The notes beneath the pieces are model-generated. The model did not search any database. It was not told the DNA's origin and saw only the letters and a program-made list of their open reading frames with translations. From an uncultured Gammaproteobacteria bacterium (GTDB lineage: Bacteria > Pseudomonadota > Gammaproteobacteria > JAURND01), in assembly GCA_963813895.1 (NCBI GenBank), contig CAWFAS010000002.1, positions 209,410 to 273,409 on the forward strand: a stretch of DNA of 64,000 bases. Direction: 5' to 3'. A program made the translations under genes and the position numbers. Shown one piece after another: positions 29,330 to 39,500 of the stretch. Each line of letters opens with the position of its first letter. Position 1 is the first letter of the stretch.

Positions 29330-29743
29330 CTAAGAGTCATTCGGTAATTTTTTGCCACGCAATGCCTTCGCTTTTGCATTTGCTTTTTTTTGAGTTAGGC
29401 GATTCTGGGTAGACGCATAAGTAGGGGCTGTTTTTTTGCGTTTTTTAGGTGCAATTTTTGCTTTTGCTATAATTTTTTGCAACCGCTCCAAAGCATCCTG
29501 CTTATTGCGTTCTCTGGTGCGATAACGACTAGCCTTAATAATCAAATCACCTTGCCGGGTAATTTTATTGCCTAATAGTTTAACTAAACGCATGCGAACC
29601 GGTTCAGAAAACATAACACTCGTTAAGATATTGATACGCAGCTGTACGGCTGTTGATACCTTATTTACATTCTGCCCCCCAGGCCCTGGGGCCCTAATAT
29701 AGGTCAATTTTATTTCCATTAGATTTAGTGTAATATTTAGCAT
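29330..29743 (-). CDS. arfB: Alternative ribosome-rescue peptidyl-tRNA hydrolase
   Basis: GPGGQNVNKVSTAVQLR, basic tail RKKTAPT..RL..KK; start uncertain (29743 or 29719). Confidence 0.9.
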   Translation of the reverse strand: MLNITLNLMEIKLTYIRAPGPGGQNVNKVSTAVQLRINILTSVMFSEPVRMRLVKLLGNKITRQGDLIIKASRYRTRERNKQDALERLQKIIAKAKIAPKKRKKTAPTYASTQNRLTQKKANAKAKALRGKKLPNDS

Positions 29744-29795
29744 AAATTCACAGTTATCATTCAGATAATCATTAACTCTGGGCAGAAAAATCCTA

Positions 29796-30758
29796 TTGAA
29801 CACATCATCATTTAAGCCCGCTTGGTGGCTTAATAATCGACACTTACAAACCCTTTGGCCCACTTTGTTTCGTCGCCGGGTAAAAAATCTCTCATTATTA
29901 CGTGAACGGATCGAATTGCCCGATGGGGACTTTATTGATCTAGATTGGACAAGCCAGCAACGACGCCCAACCGTGTTAATTTTACACGGCTTGGAAGGAT
30001 CAGTCTCTTCGCCCTACGCTCCTGGTATGCTGCAAGTATTGCACCAACATGGCTGGCGCGGTGTCTTTATGCATTTCCGGGGCTGTAGCGAGCAGGATAA
30101 TCGACTGCTAAGGAGCTATCACGCCGGTGATACTGAAGACGTCGACTTCATTATAAAAATCTTGCAGCAAAGATCTGCTGGATTACCTATTGCCGCTATA
30201 GGTTTTTCTTTGGGTGGCAATGTATTATTAAAATGGTTGGGACAGGCGGGAGAAAAAAAATTATTAGACGCCGCCGTTGCTATATCTGTGCCATTTGACT
30301 TATATAAATCAGTCATAACTATTTCTTCAGGCTTTTCGAAACTATATCAATGGTACTTACTCAACTGTTTGCATAAAAAAACCAGGCGCAAGTTACAGTC
30401 CCATATAAATACTATCACTCTCCCCAAAATATCCAGCATTAAAACTTTGTATGAATTTGATAATCAAATAACCGCACCTATACATGGCTTTAGCGACGCA
30501 ATGGAATATTATGCCAGGGCAAGTTGTCGTCAATATTTAAACTCCGTTCAAGTGCCTACATTACTGCTTCAGGCCAAAGATGATCCATTCGTATCGCCAG
30601 ATTCTCTACCTCAACCTCATGAGCTCGCTAAGGCGATTCAATTTGAATTAACTCCAAAAGGGGGACATGTGGGATTTGTTAGCGGCGACTTATGGCGGGT
30701 ACGTTATTGGCTGGAGGAGCGGGTGCCTAGTTATTTGAGTCAATATTTAAATACTTAA
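29796..30758 (+). CDS. yheT: YheT-family alpha/beta hydrolase
   Basis: FKPAWWL..RHLQTLW, HGLEGS, GFSLGGN, DDPF, GGHVGF. Confidence 0.88.
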   Translation: MNTSSFKPAWWLNNRHLQTLWPTLFRRRVKNLSLLRERIELPDGDFIDLDWTSQQRRPTVLILHGLEGSVSSPYAPGMLQVLHQHGWRGVFMHFRGCSEQDNRLLRSYHAGDTEDVDFIIKILQQRSAGLPIAAIGFSLGGNVLLKWLGQAGEKKLLDAAVAISVPFDLYKSVITISSGFSKLYQWYLLNCLHKKTRRKLQSHINTITLPKISSIKTLYEFDNQITAPIHGFSDAMEYYARASCRQYLNSVQVPTLLLQAKDDPFVSPDSLPQPHELAKAIQFELTPKGGHVGFVSGDLWRVRYWLEERVPSYLSQYLNT

Positions 30759-30772
30759 CCGAGAAATACCTA

Positions 30773-30841
30773 ACCGAGCCGCGACCGTTAGGGAGCGTTT
30801 ATTGGAGTAACGTAAACGCTCCCTAACGGTCGCGGCTCGGT
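30773..30841. repeat. CCGAGCCGCG-type REP doublet between convergent genes
   Basis: ACCGAGCCGCGACCGTTAGGGAGCGTTTA-N11-TAAACGCTCCCTAACGGTCGCGGCTCGGT, perfect 29-bp arms. Confidence 0.85.
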
Positions 30842-30868
30842 GCGCTCAGGAGGACACCACATCTCTCA

Positions 30869-31258
30869 TCACGACTTAGCAGGCAGCCATAAGGCAATAT
30901 GAGCGCCGGTAGGATCTTTAATGACCGCTAAGTGGCCAAACTCTCCGGCGGCCTTTGGTGGCACTACAAGCACTGCTCCTAGGCTTTGGGCTTTTTCAAC
31001 TGCTTTTTCTAAATTAGGAACCAGTACGTAACTCATCCAATGGGGGGGGATTTGCTGTTCCTTTTCTGCGGGAATCTGCATCATCCCGCCAATTACCTTA
31101 TCCCCAGATTTAAACATGGTATAAACCATGGATCCCATGTCATGATCTTGGCTATCCCAGCCAAATAACGCTTTATAGAATTCTTTTGCTTTAGGAACAT
31201 CTGAGGTCATCAATTCATTCCAGCAAAACTCGCCTGGTTGTGGCATGTCATTACTCAT
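30869..31258 (-). CDS. VOC/glyoxalase family protein
   Basis: GEFCWNELMT..AKEFY..LFGW, PPHWMSY, DPTGA; AGGAG RBS before ATG 31258. Confidence 0.88.
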   Translation of the reverse strand: MSNDMPQPGEFCWNELMTSDVPKAKEFYKALFGWDSQDHDMGSMVYTMFKSGDKVIGGMMQIPAEKEQQIPPHWMSYVLVPNLEKAVEKAQSLGAVLVVPPKAAGEFGHLAVIKDPTGAHIALWLPAKS

Positions 31259-31290
31259 GTTAACTCCTGTTATGAAATAGTTAAATAATT

Positions 31291-31977
31291 CTAATCGGGA
31301 TTGCGTCGACGATGCCATATTACTGGGGCTGCACAGAGCAACTCCTGTTCATACAACATAGGTTTAGCTACTGTAGTGGCTGGGTTAGTACACATTAACT
31401 CATAATAACCGGGAAACTGGCTACCTTTAATCCGGCGCAACAACATTTCGTTATTACCGGTCTGAACAATGCAATCCATACCAATTAGTTGATGGATGCC
31501 ATCCTTGGAACGGCTTATGCCCGCCACATAATCGCCAGGTTTGTAGTGTCCAGCTAAACCATCATCATTTACCATGAGGTCAATGCTGTTTTCGTTGAGT
31601 TTTCTGAATGCAATCAACTCTTTCATGATAACAGTGTCTTCTGAAAGATGGTATTTTGCGGGAGTTTCATTAACTTCAGAAAAATGGGGATTAGCCAATT
31701 GAGGTGGGCTACCGCTGCTATATAGTAGCCAATCTGTAGTGCAATAAATGCCTTCACGCTGCAATAATGGGATAATCCGTTGCGCACCACGTTCGGTTAA
31801 ACCGCCCGCTTTAGCGGATTCCCATGATTGAATTGTATTCGCGCTGATACCATATTTTTCTTCAAATGCTTTACGAGTAAGTCCAGCCATTTTACGTAAG
31901 ACTTCTAAACGTTCCCCTCGTGCTTGGGAATCGGTTTTTGTTTCATTGGAAACCAGGACGGAAGAAAAAGAACTCAT
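31291..31977 (-). CDS. XRE HTH regulator with S24-like C-terminal domain
   Basis: GERLEVLRKMAGLTR..TIQSWE..DWLL, plus a repressor-like C-terminal domain. Confidence 0.75.
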   Translation of the reverse strand: MSSFSSVLVSNETKTDSQARGERLEVLRKMAGLTRKAFEEKYGISANTIQSWESAKAGGLTERGAQRIIPLLQREGIYCTTDWLLYSSGSPPQLANPHFSEVNETPAKYHLSEDTVIMKELIAFRKLNENSIDLMVNDDGLAGHYKPGDYVAGISRSKDGIHQLIGMDCIVQTGNNEMLLRRIKGSQFPGYYELMCTNPATTVAKPMLYEQELLCAAPVIWHRRRNPD

Positions 31978-32022
31978 GATACTGTAATCTCCTTAGGAAA
32001 TAGCTATGAACTTTTCGGGTTA

Positions 32023-32313
32023 TATACCCATTCCACTTAGGATTTCGGTGTTAGAGCAGCCCATCTTGCACTAATCTTCGTCCGATCTTCAATCGTAAAA
32101 ACTCGAAATAAAGAATAACCGACATAGTCGTCCTGGCAGGAAGCCGGGATCCAGGGCGCAGGAAGCGAAACTTTCACATCCTGCGAACTGGATCCCGGCT
32201 TCCATGCCGGGACGACAAGTCGACTATTCCTGCATTTTTACTCAATCAGATCGAACAAATCTCAGCACAAGCTGGACTACTCTAACACCGAAATCCTAAG
32301 TGGAATGGGTATA
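32023..32313. mobile_element. 291-bp ERIC/IS630-like MITE (TA termini) with central REP doublet
   Basis: 34-bp perfect TIR TATACCCATTCCACTTAGGATTTCGGTGTTAGAG; body homologous to the 289-bp MITE. Confidence 0.88.
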
Positions 32314-32498
32314 GGTTCTGCCAGCCACCCCGACTGCTCCATAAATTGTAATGTAAAGTATACTAATTTTTGTTCATTTTGTGCAACCAACAAGCCCTCG
32401 GATATTTGATTGAAACATATCCACCACTGGACTCAATGCCCAACTATGGTAACATAGCAACCCGAATCAAATCTAAAGATCAATGCCAATATAAAAAT

Positions 32499-33392
32499 AT
32501 GAAGTTAAATAATTCTCCAGCAGCAGCCTCGACCAACGGTAAATATAATTTATTGGCACGAACAAAGAATTTTTCAAATTTTACTGAGATTTTTATTTTA
32601 TTCGTCGTGCTGTTGTGTTTTTGGGCACAATATGCATTTATAGGTGATGTCTTAAACTCGCGCGGCATTAATTATATAAATTTTATTACCCTACCTATTG
32701 ATCAACATATACAGTTCTCAACCACTTGGTCACTTTTTTATTCAACAGCATTGATCATTCCGTTTCTGTTTGGTTGGATTATTTTTATTCGTTCCAAGTT
32801 TAATCTTCTTTATACTTACCGATTGTTTTTAACTTGTCTGCTGATTCTTATTATTCATTATTGTATTTATTTTATTTTTCCTACCTGCAAAATTTTATGG
32901 CAGGATCCTGGATTTACTACATTCTGGCAACAAATTCAAAATCCCGGCTTTTTAAATGAAAATACCCGTTTTGTGCTGTCTATAACCACACCCTGGAATT
33001 CATTTCCTTCTTACCATATAGGAAGTGCCTGGGTTATTTTTAGATATACTTTTGAACGTTTTAAAATCTTAGGGGTTATTTTCCTGCTGTGGTTTATTGG
33101 TATGTGTTTGGGCACTCTTACCTTAAAGGTGCATGTGGTTCTTGATGGTGTAGCGGCAATTTTAATATCTGAGGGGTGCTATCAACTTTTTAAAATCAAA
33201 CGAATTCAGAATTACTTAAAAAACTACGTATCCATTTCTTCCCGCAAGCCCATTTTATTAACTTATTTATGCTGCGCTTTAATCGTATCACCTCTGGTAT
33301 TGTATGAACTTATCATGCTAAAACCGATGACAGTGCCTCAATTTATTAATCAATCAAATTTTGCTATAGAAACAAACAATCAAATAAGCTAA
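32499..33392 (+). CDS. PAP2-superfamily membrane protein (IPC synthase/Aur1-like)
   Basis: Multiple TM helices; YFIFPT, NSFPSYH, HVVLDG motifs; start uncertain (32370-32499). Confidence 0.75.
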   Translation: MKLNNSPAAASTNGKYNLLARTKNFSNFTEIFILFVVLLCFWAQYAFIGDVLNSRGINYINFITLPIDQHIQFSTTWSLFYSTALIIPFLFGWIIFIRSKFNLLYTYRLFLTCLLILIIHYCIYFIFPTCKILWQDPGFTTFWQQIQNPGFLNENTRFVLSITTPWNSFPSYHIGSAWVIFRYTFERFKILGVIFLLWFIGMCLGTLTLKVHVVLDGVAAILISEGCYQLFKIKRIQNYLKNYVSISSRKPILLTYLCCALIVSPLVLYELIMLKPMTVPQFINQSNFAIETNNQIS

Positions 33393-33729
33393 TTGCCCAA
33401 ATAATAATCGCCATCAATACAGCAATAAATACAGCCGCCGATCCGAGATCCTTAGCGCGTCCTGACAATTCATGATATTCAAGGCTGATGCGATTTACCA
33501 CCGTTTCAATTGCACTATTAATTAGCTCTACTATGATTATTAATATTAAAGATAGGATTAGAATAAATATTTGCGCCAGAGATTTTCCTACGAATGGGGC
33601 TAATATTAAACCAAGGCACAAAAATAAAACTTCTAGGCGAAACGCCAATTGAAAGTGGAAAGCAGCTTTTAACCCCGCTATAGAATCTATAGTCGCCCTA
33701 CAGATTTTTTTTTGGATTTTCTCAAACAT
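33364..33729 (-). CDS. dgkA: Diacylglycerol kinase (prokaryotic DgkA type)
   Basis: AFRLE, VELINSAIETVVNRIS.EYHELSGRAKDLGSAAV; TAATG coupling to the upstream gene. Confidence 0.92.
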   Translation of the reverse strand: MFEKIQKKICRATIDSIAGLKAAFHFQLAFRLEVLFLCLGLILAPFVGKSLAQIFILILSLILIIIVELINSAIETVVNRISLEYHELSGRAKDLGSAAVFIAVLMAIIIWAISLFDCLFL

Positions 33730-34721
33730 TATAGCCACCCAGATTTTGTGTACCAATCATTAGCCAGCTTGGTACCTGCCGACCAATTGACTTGTGGCTT
33801 CCATAGCAAACCCTCCCTCGCCGTTACACTGCTGCAAACCCAATAGAGCTGTTTAATCTCATTAAATTTATCGCTATTTAGCAACATGGGTTTATTGGTT
33901 AAACGGCCGTAATACTCTGTCAACATGGCTACCGCTTTTATTGCCAATTGGGGTAGCGGAATTTCTATCTGACGCTTGGTGTTCATTTGTTTAGCTAATT
34001 GGTAATAACGTTCGCGCCAAGTTAAGGTTACGCCATCCTCTAAAAAATAGGCGCTACCGCTTGGCACTGGAGTTACCATAGATTTTATTAAGGCATCAGC
34101 AACATCTGTGACGTAAATAGTACTAGCAGCACCTTTACCACCTCGCATCAGCGGCAGGAAGCCACGACGTATTGCTTTAAAAAATGTCAGGGTAGATAAA
34201 TCTCTAGGGCCATACACCACTGAGGGACGAATGATGGTGACTGGCAAAGTATCGGCGAATTCTCTGGCGATTATTTCCGCTTCGAGTTTGCTAAAGCCAT
34301 ACTGACTTACTGGTTGTGGAATAATATTAAGTGAGGGTGGCAGCTTATTGTTAAGTGCAGCTCCACAGGCAGCAAGACTTGAGACATGGACAAAACGCTG
34401 CAGGTTCGGCGCTGAGTATTTGGCTGCATTAAGTAGAGCACGTGTTCCTTCGGTATTAGTAGCAAAAAATTCAGTGGGGTGCTTAACTTTTATTGAACCT
34501 GCACAATGGATAATAGCTTCTATACCCTGTACAGCGCTTTGCAAATGATGGGTATCAGCTAAGGAACCTTCCTGCAATTCCACAGCCGGTCCTAGTCTGA
34601 TTAATATACTGGTATCTGCACTAGGGCGAACTAAACAACGAACAGTATGCCCTTGCTGCACTAACGCTTCTGCCGTATGCGATCCAATAAAACCCGTTGC
34701 CCCGGTTAATAAAACTTTCAT
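33729..34721 (-). CDS. NAD-dependent epimerase/dehydratase-type SDR; candidate 3-ketoceramide reductase
   Basis: TGATGFIG, VSSLAA, YGFSK, RPSVVYGPRD. Confidence 0.8.
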   Translation of the reverse strand: MKVLLTGATGFIGSHTAEALVQQGHTVRCLVRPSADTSILIRLGPAVELQEGSLADTHHLQSAVQGIEAIIHCAGSIKVKHPTEFFATNTEGTRALLNAAKYSAPNLQRFVHVSSLAACGAALNNKLPPSLNIIPQPVSQYGFSKLEAEIIAREFADTLPVTIIRPSVVYGPRDLSTLTFFKAIRRGFLPLMRGGKGAASTIYVTDVADALIKSMVTPVPSGSAYFLEDGVTLTWRERYYQLAKQMNTKRQIEIPLPQLAIKAVAMLTEYYGRLTNKPMLLNSDKFNEIKQLYWVCSSVTAREGLLWKPQVNWSAGTKLANDWYTKSGWL

Positions 34722-35848
34722 GCCAGAGTTTTTTCGTAGATGCGGTAGGTTTTATACAATTCTGCGTTCATCAAGCGTAATGCAGTACGCATGCTTTTGT
34801 TATCTTCCAAAATCCAGGAACATTCATTATGGTGATAACCCGCCGTAGGAACTTCTTCTAAAAATTTTGTATAAAGCAAAGAGCCCAATTTTAAATGGCG
34901 AAACTTCTTTCGTACGCCTAAGGTTGGAACACGACCACGGTTTATCAATTTTTTTACTTTGGTGTACCATAATAATTTAAAAATGCCGGTAGGAAATAAT
35001 TTACCATCGCGAATTTTATGCAGCACCTGGTTAATATCCGGTAACCAGATGCCAAAAGCAGCAACTTCTCCAGCCACTTCGACGATAAAACAGGACTGGG
35101 GAGTGAGTATGGGTTTCATTTCTTTGGCTAAAAACAGGAATTCTTCTTTTTCCATGGGAATAAAACCCCAGTTTTTTTCCCAGGCATCGTTATAAGTTGC
35201 AAAAATATGCTCCACTTCCTGTTCAAACCGCTTAATATTCACTGGACGGATAGTGATGTCATGCATCGCTGCAAAAGCTTTTGCCTTAGCAATTACGCGC
35301 GGATGGAACGTAGTTTTTAGGCTATCAATGCGCCAAGCATCTAAGTCTTTAGCTTTGACATAACCCTGTGACTCAACTAGCGCAGGATAATATTCAGGAT
35401 TTTGCGTCATCATGATGTAGGGCTGAGTGTCGAATGCAGAAATCTGTAATCCGCACTCGTAATTGGTAGACGGGTTTACTGGCCCACGAAAAGTTTGTAT
35501 TCCTTGCGCAGCCGCCCATTCTTCAACTGTTTTAAACAATGCATCTGCTGTTTGCTGTTCATTTTCAGATTCAAAATAACCCCAAAAAGCTATATTCTCA
35601 TTATGAAACTGATTATGAGCATCGTTAATTATTCCAGCAATGCGACCTACTGGTTTATTATCGCGATAGGCTACCCACAATTGCATTTTCGCTCTTTTAA
35701 AAAAGGGATTTTTGGGACTCAGGGTGGTTTTTACCGAAATCTGTAAAGGGGCTATCCAATTGGGATCATGTTTATGTAAAAGCGGTGGGACATTTAAAAA
35801 ATTTCGCCAGTCTTGTTTAGATATGACTGGCAGTATTTGTAAGGACAT
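34718..35848 (-). CDS. GNAT-fold N-acyltransferase (YghO/bacterial ceramide synthase-like)
   Basis: DPNWIAPL, VGRIA, GYFE, GPVNPSTNYECG, YNDAWEKNWGF, SWILEDN, YKTYRIYEK. Confidence 0.8.
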   Translation of the reverse strand: MSLQILPVISKQDWRNFLNVPPLLHKHDPNWIAPLQISVKTTLSPKNPFFKRAKMQLWVAYRDNKPVGRIAGIINDAHNQFHNENIAFWGYFESENEQQTADALFKTVEEWAAAQGIQTFRGPVNPSTNYECGLQISAFDTQPYIMMTQNPEYYPALVESQGYVKAKDLDAWRIDSLKTTFHPRVIAKAKAFAAMHDITIRPVNIKRFEQEVEHIFATYNDAWEKNWGFIPMEKEEFLFLAKEMKPILTPQSCFIVEVAGEVAAFGIWLPDINQVLHKIRDGKLFPTGIFKLLWYTKVKKLINRGRVPTLGVRKKFRHLKLGSLLYTKFLEEVPTAGYHHNECSWILEDNKSMRTALRLMNAELYKTYRIYEKTLA

Positions 35849-35857
35849 AGCTAGTTC

Positions 35858-36517
35858 CTAATGGTTGGCTTTTTTAAGCGGAGTTGTGTCTACAGTTTTA
35901 AATACATAATCCCAAACCGGGCTGCTGACTCCATATGATTTTTCATCATGATGGTAATGGTGTCGCATATGATAATACTTTAAAAATTTGCCAATTCGAC
36001 TACGCATCGGATGCATATGGGTAAATGCATGCAGTAAATCATACAGCACATAGCCCAATAAAAAGCCCGCAAATAGTGACGCGCTAAATGAACCAAATAC
36101 CAACCAAAATACTAGATAAAAAACTGCAGTTAATGGCATGGTCACTACTAGCGGCGTCACTAGCCGCAATCTATCGCGTGGGTAATTATGATGGATATTG
36201 TGTATGAAATTGCCATAATAAAAAGGATTTATTTTTTCCCATTTTGAACTGCTGGGTTTATAGTGAAAGACAAAACGATGTATCAGATATTCCACTAACG
36301 ACCAAACCAATAAACCTGCCACAAAGGTCGGCACTGCCGAAGCCAAAGCTTGCTGCGTTAAACCGTAAACTATAAAAAATAATATAATCGGTGTATAGCC
36401 AATCACTAACGTGCGTGGTCTGGTTTGACTTAAACGTTCAAGAATCGGATTTGCATACAATCGAGGGCTGTAATTTTTATCATATTGCCCCTGACTTGCA
36501 TAATTGTCCTTTTTCAT
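35858..36517 (-). CDS. Fatty acid 2-hydroxylase (FA2H/Scs7-like di-iron membrane enzyme)
   Basis: His boxes HRFVFH, HNIHH, HAFTH, HMRHH; YP.D..RLV, YGVSSPVWDYVF; GAGGT RBS before ATG 36517. Confidence 0.88.
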   Translation of the reverse strand: MKKDNYASQGQYDKNYSPRLYANPILERLSQTRPRTLVIGYTPIILFFIVYGLTQQALASAVPTFVAGLLVWSLVEYLIHRFVFHYKPSSSKWEKINPFYYGNFIHNIHHNYPRDRLRLVTPLVVTMPLTAVFYLVFWLVFGSFSASLFAGFLLGYVLYDLLHAFTHMHPMRSRIGKFLKYYHMRHHYHHDEKSYGVSSPVWDYVFKTVDTTPLKKANH

Positions 36518-36555
36518 TGCGAAAAATACCTCGATAATAGTGTTGTTTCTTGCTC

Positions 36556-39500
36556 TCACTGAGAACTGCTGGACTCAAGAAGAGGTTTGCGGCTTTTCTG
36601 CAATAACTTATACCCATCAATAATAGCATCAGCTGTATAATGTATTTGTTTTTCAGTATGTAAGCAGTTAACAAAAAGCCGTATCCGCGCTAAATTTTTC
36701 TCTACAGCAGGATAGAAAATGGGCAATGCATAAATGCCGTGATCTGCTAAATAAGAACTCAATTGAATAGCTGCTTCCGTGGAACCTGCCATGATCGGGA
36801 TGATAGGCGTATCAGAACTACTTCCCGTTGGTATACCATTTTTCTTTAATAATGATAATAATAGACTGGAGCGTTGCTCTAATGCAGTCACTCTTTCCGG
36901 GTGATCGTTCATCAATTTAATGGCTGCCAGAGAAGCGGCGGTATTGGCGGGGGAAATCCCAGCTGAATAGACAAATCCGGCAGAAGTGTATTTGAAGTTT
37001 TCAATTAATTCCGCCGATCCGGCAATATAGCCGCCACAGCTCGCAAATGATTTACTCAAAGTGCCCATCCAGATATCAACGTCCTGTGGATTGAGATTAA
37101 AATACTCACGAATACCACGGCCAGTTTTGCCGATTACGCCCATAGAATGCGCTTCATCGATCATTAAAAACGTCTGAAAATTTTGTTTTACGTTTATTAA
37201 TCGCCTTACGTCACAAATATCACCATCCATACTAAAAGCCCCTTCAGAGACGATCAAGGCTCTTCGATAATGATTGCGATTCTTGGCTAATAATTCTTCT
37301 AACGCGTTATAATCGTTGTGAGGAAATGCCATACAGGTCGCACCGGAAAAAAGTGCGCCTTGAAGTATACTTTTATGCGCGAGGGCATCATAAACCACCA
37401 AATCTCCTGGCCCGAACAAATGGGTGATAATAGCGATATTGGTCGCATACCCTGACGGTAACACAGCCGCATCCTCAGCACCAATCAAATCCGCAATGGT
37501 ACGTTCCAATTTGAGATGTAACTGCTTTTCTCCAGATACCATACGACTGGCGGATACGGAACTACCATATTCTTTTACCGCGGCCACAACAGCCTCAGTC
37601 ACTTTAGGATTGCCAGACATACCCAGGTAGTTATATCCTGAATAATTGATAAATTCATTGCCATCAATTACGGTATTATTAGTTGATATCCCACTATTCA
37701 CCTTAAAATAAATATTTTTTACCGTGGCCAGTAGTGACTTATCCAGCGGCTTTACCAAATTTAACGCCTCACGGGATTCTGCTGAATTAACCTCAGCGTG
37801 ATGGCGATTAATTTTGGCCAACACTGCCGGGTCTGTAGTTAAAAACTCTGCTAGTTTATTCAGCGAATGTTGCTCAAACAAGGTAATAATATCCAGCCTG
37901 ATTCCTAACTTATTATACAGCTCACTACCTAACTCAGCTGCGATCAGGGAATTCACCCCCAGGTCGACCAGGTTTTTATCCGGTAAAATGTCTTGCGCCG
38001 GCACCCGTAAATGCTGTGCAAACCACTGTTGCAACCATATCCTTGCCTCTTCTTGATTGGCAAATTGTGCGTACTGGTTGACGGACTGACTCAATCTGCC
38101 TTCCATTTGAATAGATTCCCTAGCCTGATCCCAGCGCGCAACACTGTTGAGGGTTCCTGCTAGATATTCGGCACGACAAGACCAGCGCTGTACCTTACCA
38201 CTTGAAGTTTTTGGCAGTGAATAGGGCTTTAACAAAACAATACTGTGCGCACTCAAACCATGCTCTTGTAGCAGTGCAGCTTGGATGGCGTCCAATACTT
38301 CCTCTTTATCCAGACGTTGCAATTTTTCCCGCTGCACTTCCTGCAATACTACTAGTTGTTCTGCATTGTCAACTTCAACTGCAAAAGCAGCCGCACCATG
38401 GTTTTGTAGTGCCGGATGACTTTCGTTTACTGTGAGTTCTATATCCTGTGGATAGTAGTTAAGGCCTTTAATAATAATAAGATCTTTTATGCGCCCGGTT
38501 ACATACAGGTCATTTTTATGCATAAAACCTAAATCACCAGTGCGCATATAATTTATGCCAGGAACATCTGCCAATTGCGCGTGAAAGATAGTTTGAGTCA
38601 GTTGCGGTTTATTTAAGTAGCCTTTAGCAATGCTGGGACCATTGGCCCAAATTTCACCAATATTGCGCTCTGGTAATACGGTATGGGTGCTGGGATCAAC
38701 GATACAAATGGTATGGTCTAATTGTGGACTGCCACAATTTACAATATTGACCGTCAATTGGTTCTCGGAATCTGAAGCCGGTATTACTTTACCTTTTTCC
38801 AATTCTGATTTGAGCAAAGGGAAGGTATGATCTGAAGCCCCATTAGGTTTGCCGGTCAACATTAAAGTGGCTTCTGCTAATCCATAACAGGGTGATAATG
38901 CGGAGGGTAAAAAGCTGGCGCTTGCGAAACGATTGATAAACCGCTGCAAAGTCAGCTGACGTATAGGTTCGGCGCCATTGACGGCGAATTTCCAGCAACT
39001 TAAATCCAATTGTGCTATTTGTTCGGTAGTCACTTTATGGACACATAGATCATAGGCAAAATTAGGACCGCCCGATAACACTACTCGTTCTCTCGAAATA
39101 ATTTCCAGCCAACGGAATGGGGATTGTAAGAAATTAGACGGGGCCATTAATATGGCGCGGGCTTTAAGGTAAAGGGGAAAAATAATGCCGGCGACCAGAC
39201 CCATGTCATGGTAAGGAGGCAACCACGAACAAGTGACATCGGTCTCACTACCGAAGTTATTTTCCAACATTTTTATATTAGAGGATATATTGCCATAACT
39301 GACCATCACCCCTTTAGGATTACTAGTTGAGCCAGAAGTATATTGCAAAAATACTAAATCTTCAGAATTGCGCACAATGGGGAAATAAACTTCGGCCGCT
39401 GTTTCCTCTATCTGATCTACTTTTATTACAGTTGCAGTAGCATCAAAGCCCTGATCAGCAAATATTTCTTGCGTGAGAATAAATTTGGCTTGTGCATCTT

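Noticed and set aside
29227-29412. 61-aa ORF
   Set aside because: Starts inside the MITE and runs antisense to arfB
36556-37760. Calling the PLP domain bioF (biotin synthesis)
   Set aside because: Fused to FAAL-ACP, has GTLSKS, sits among lipid-modifying genes, and no bio genes are nearby; still unproven
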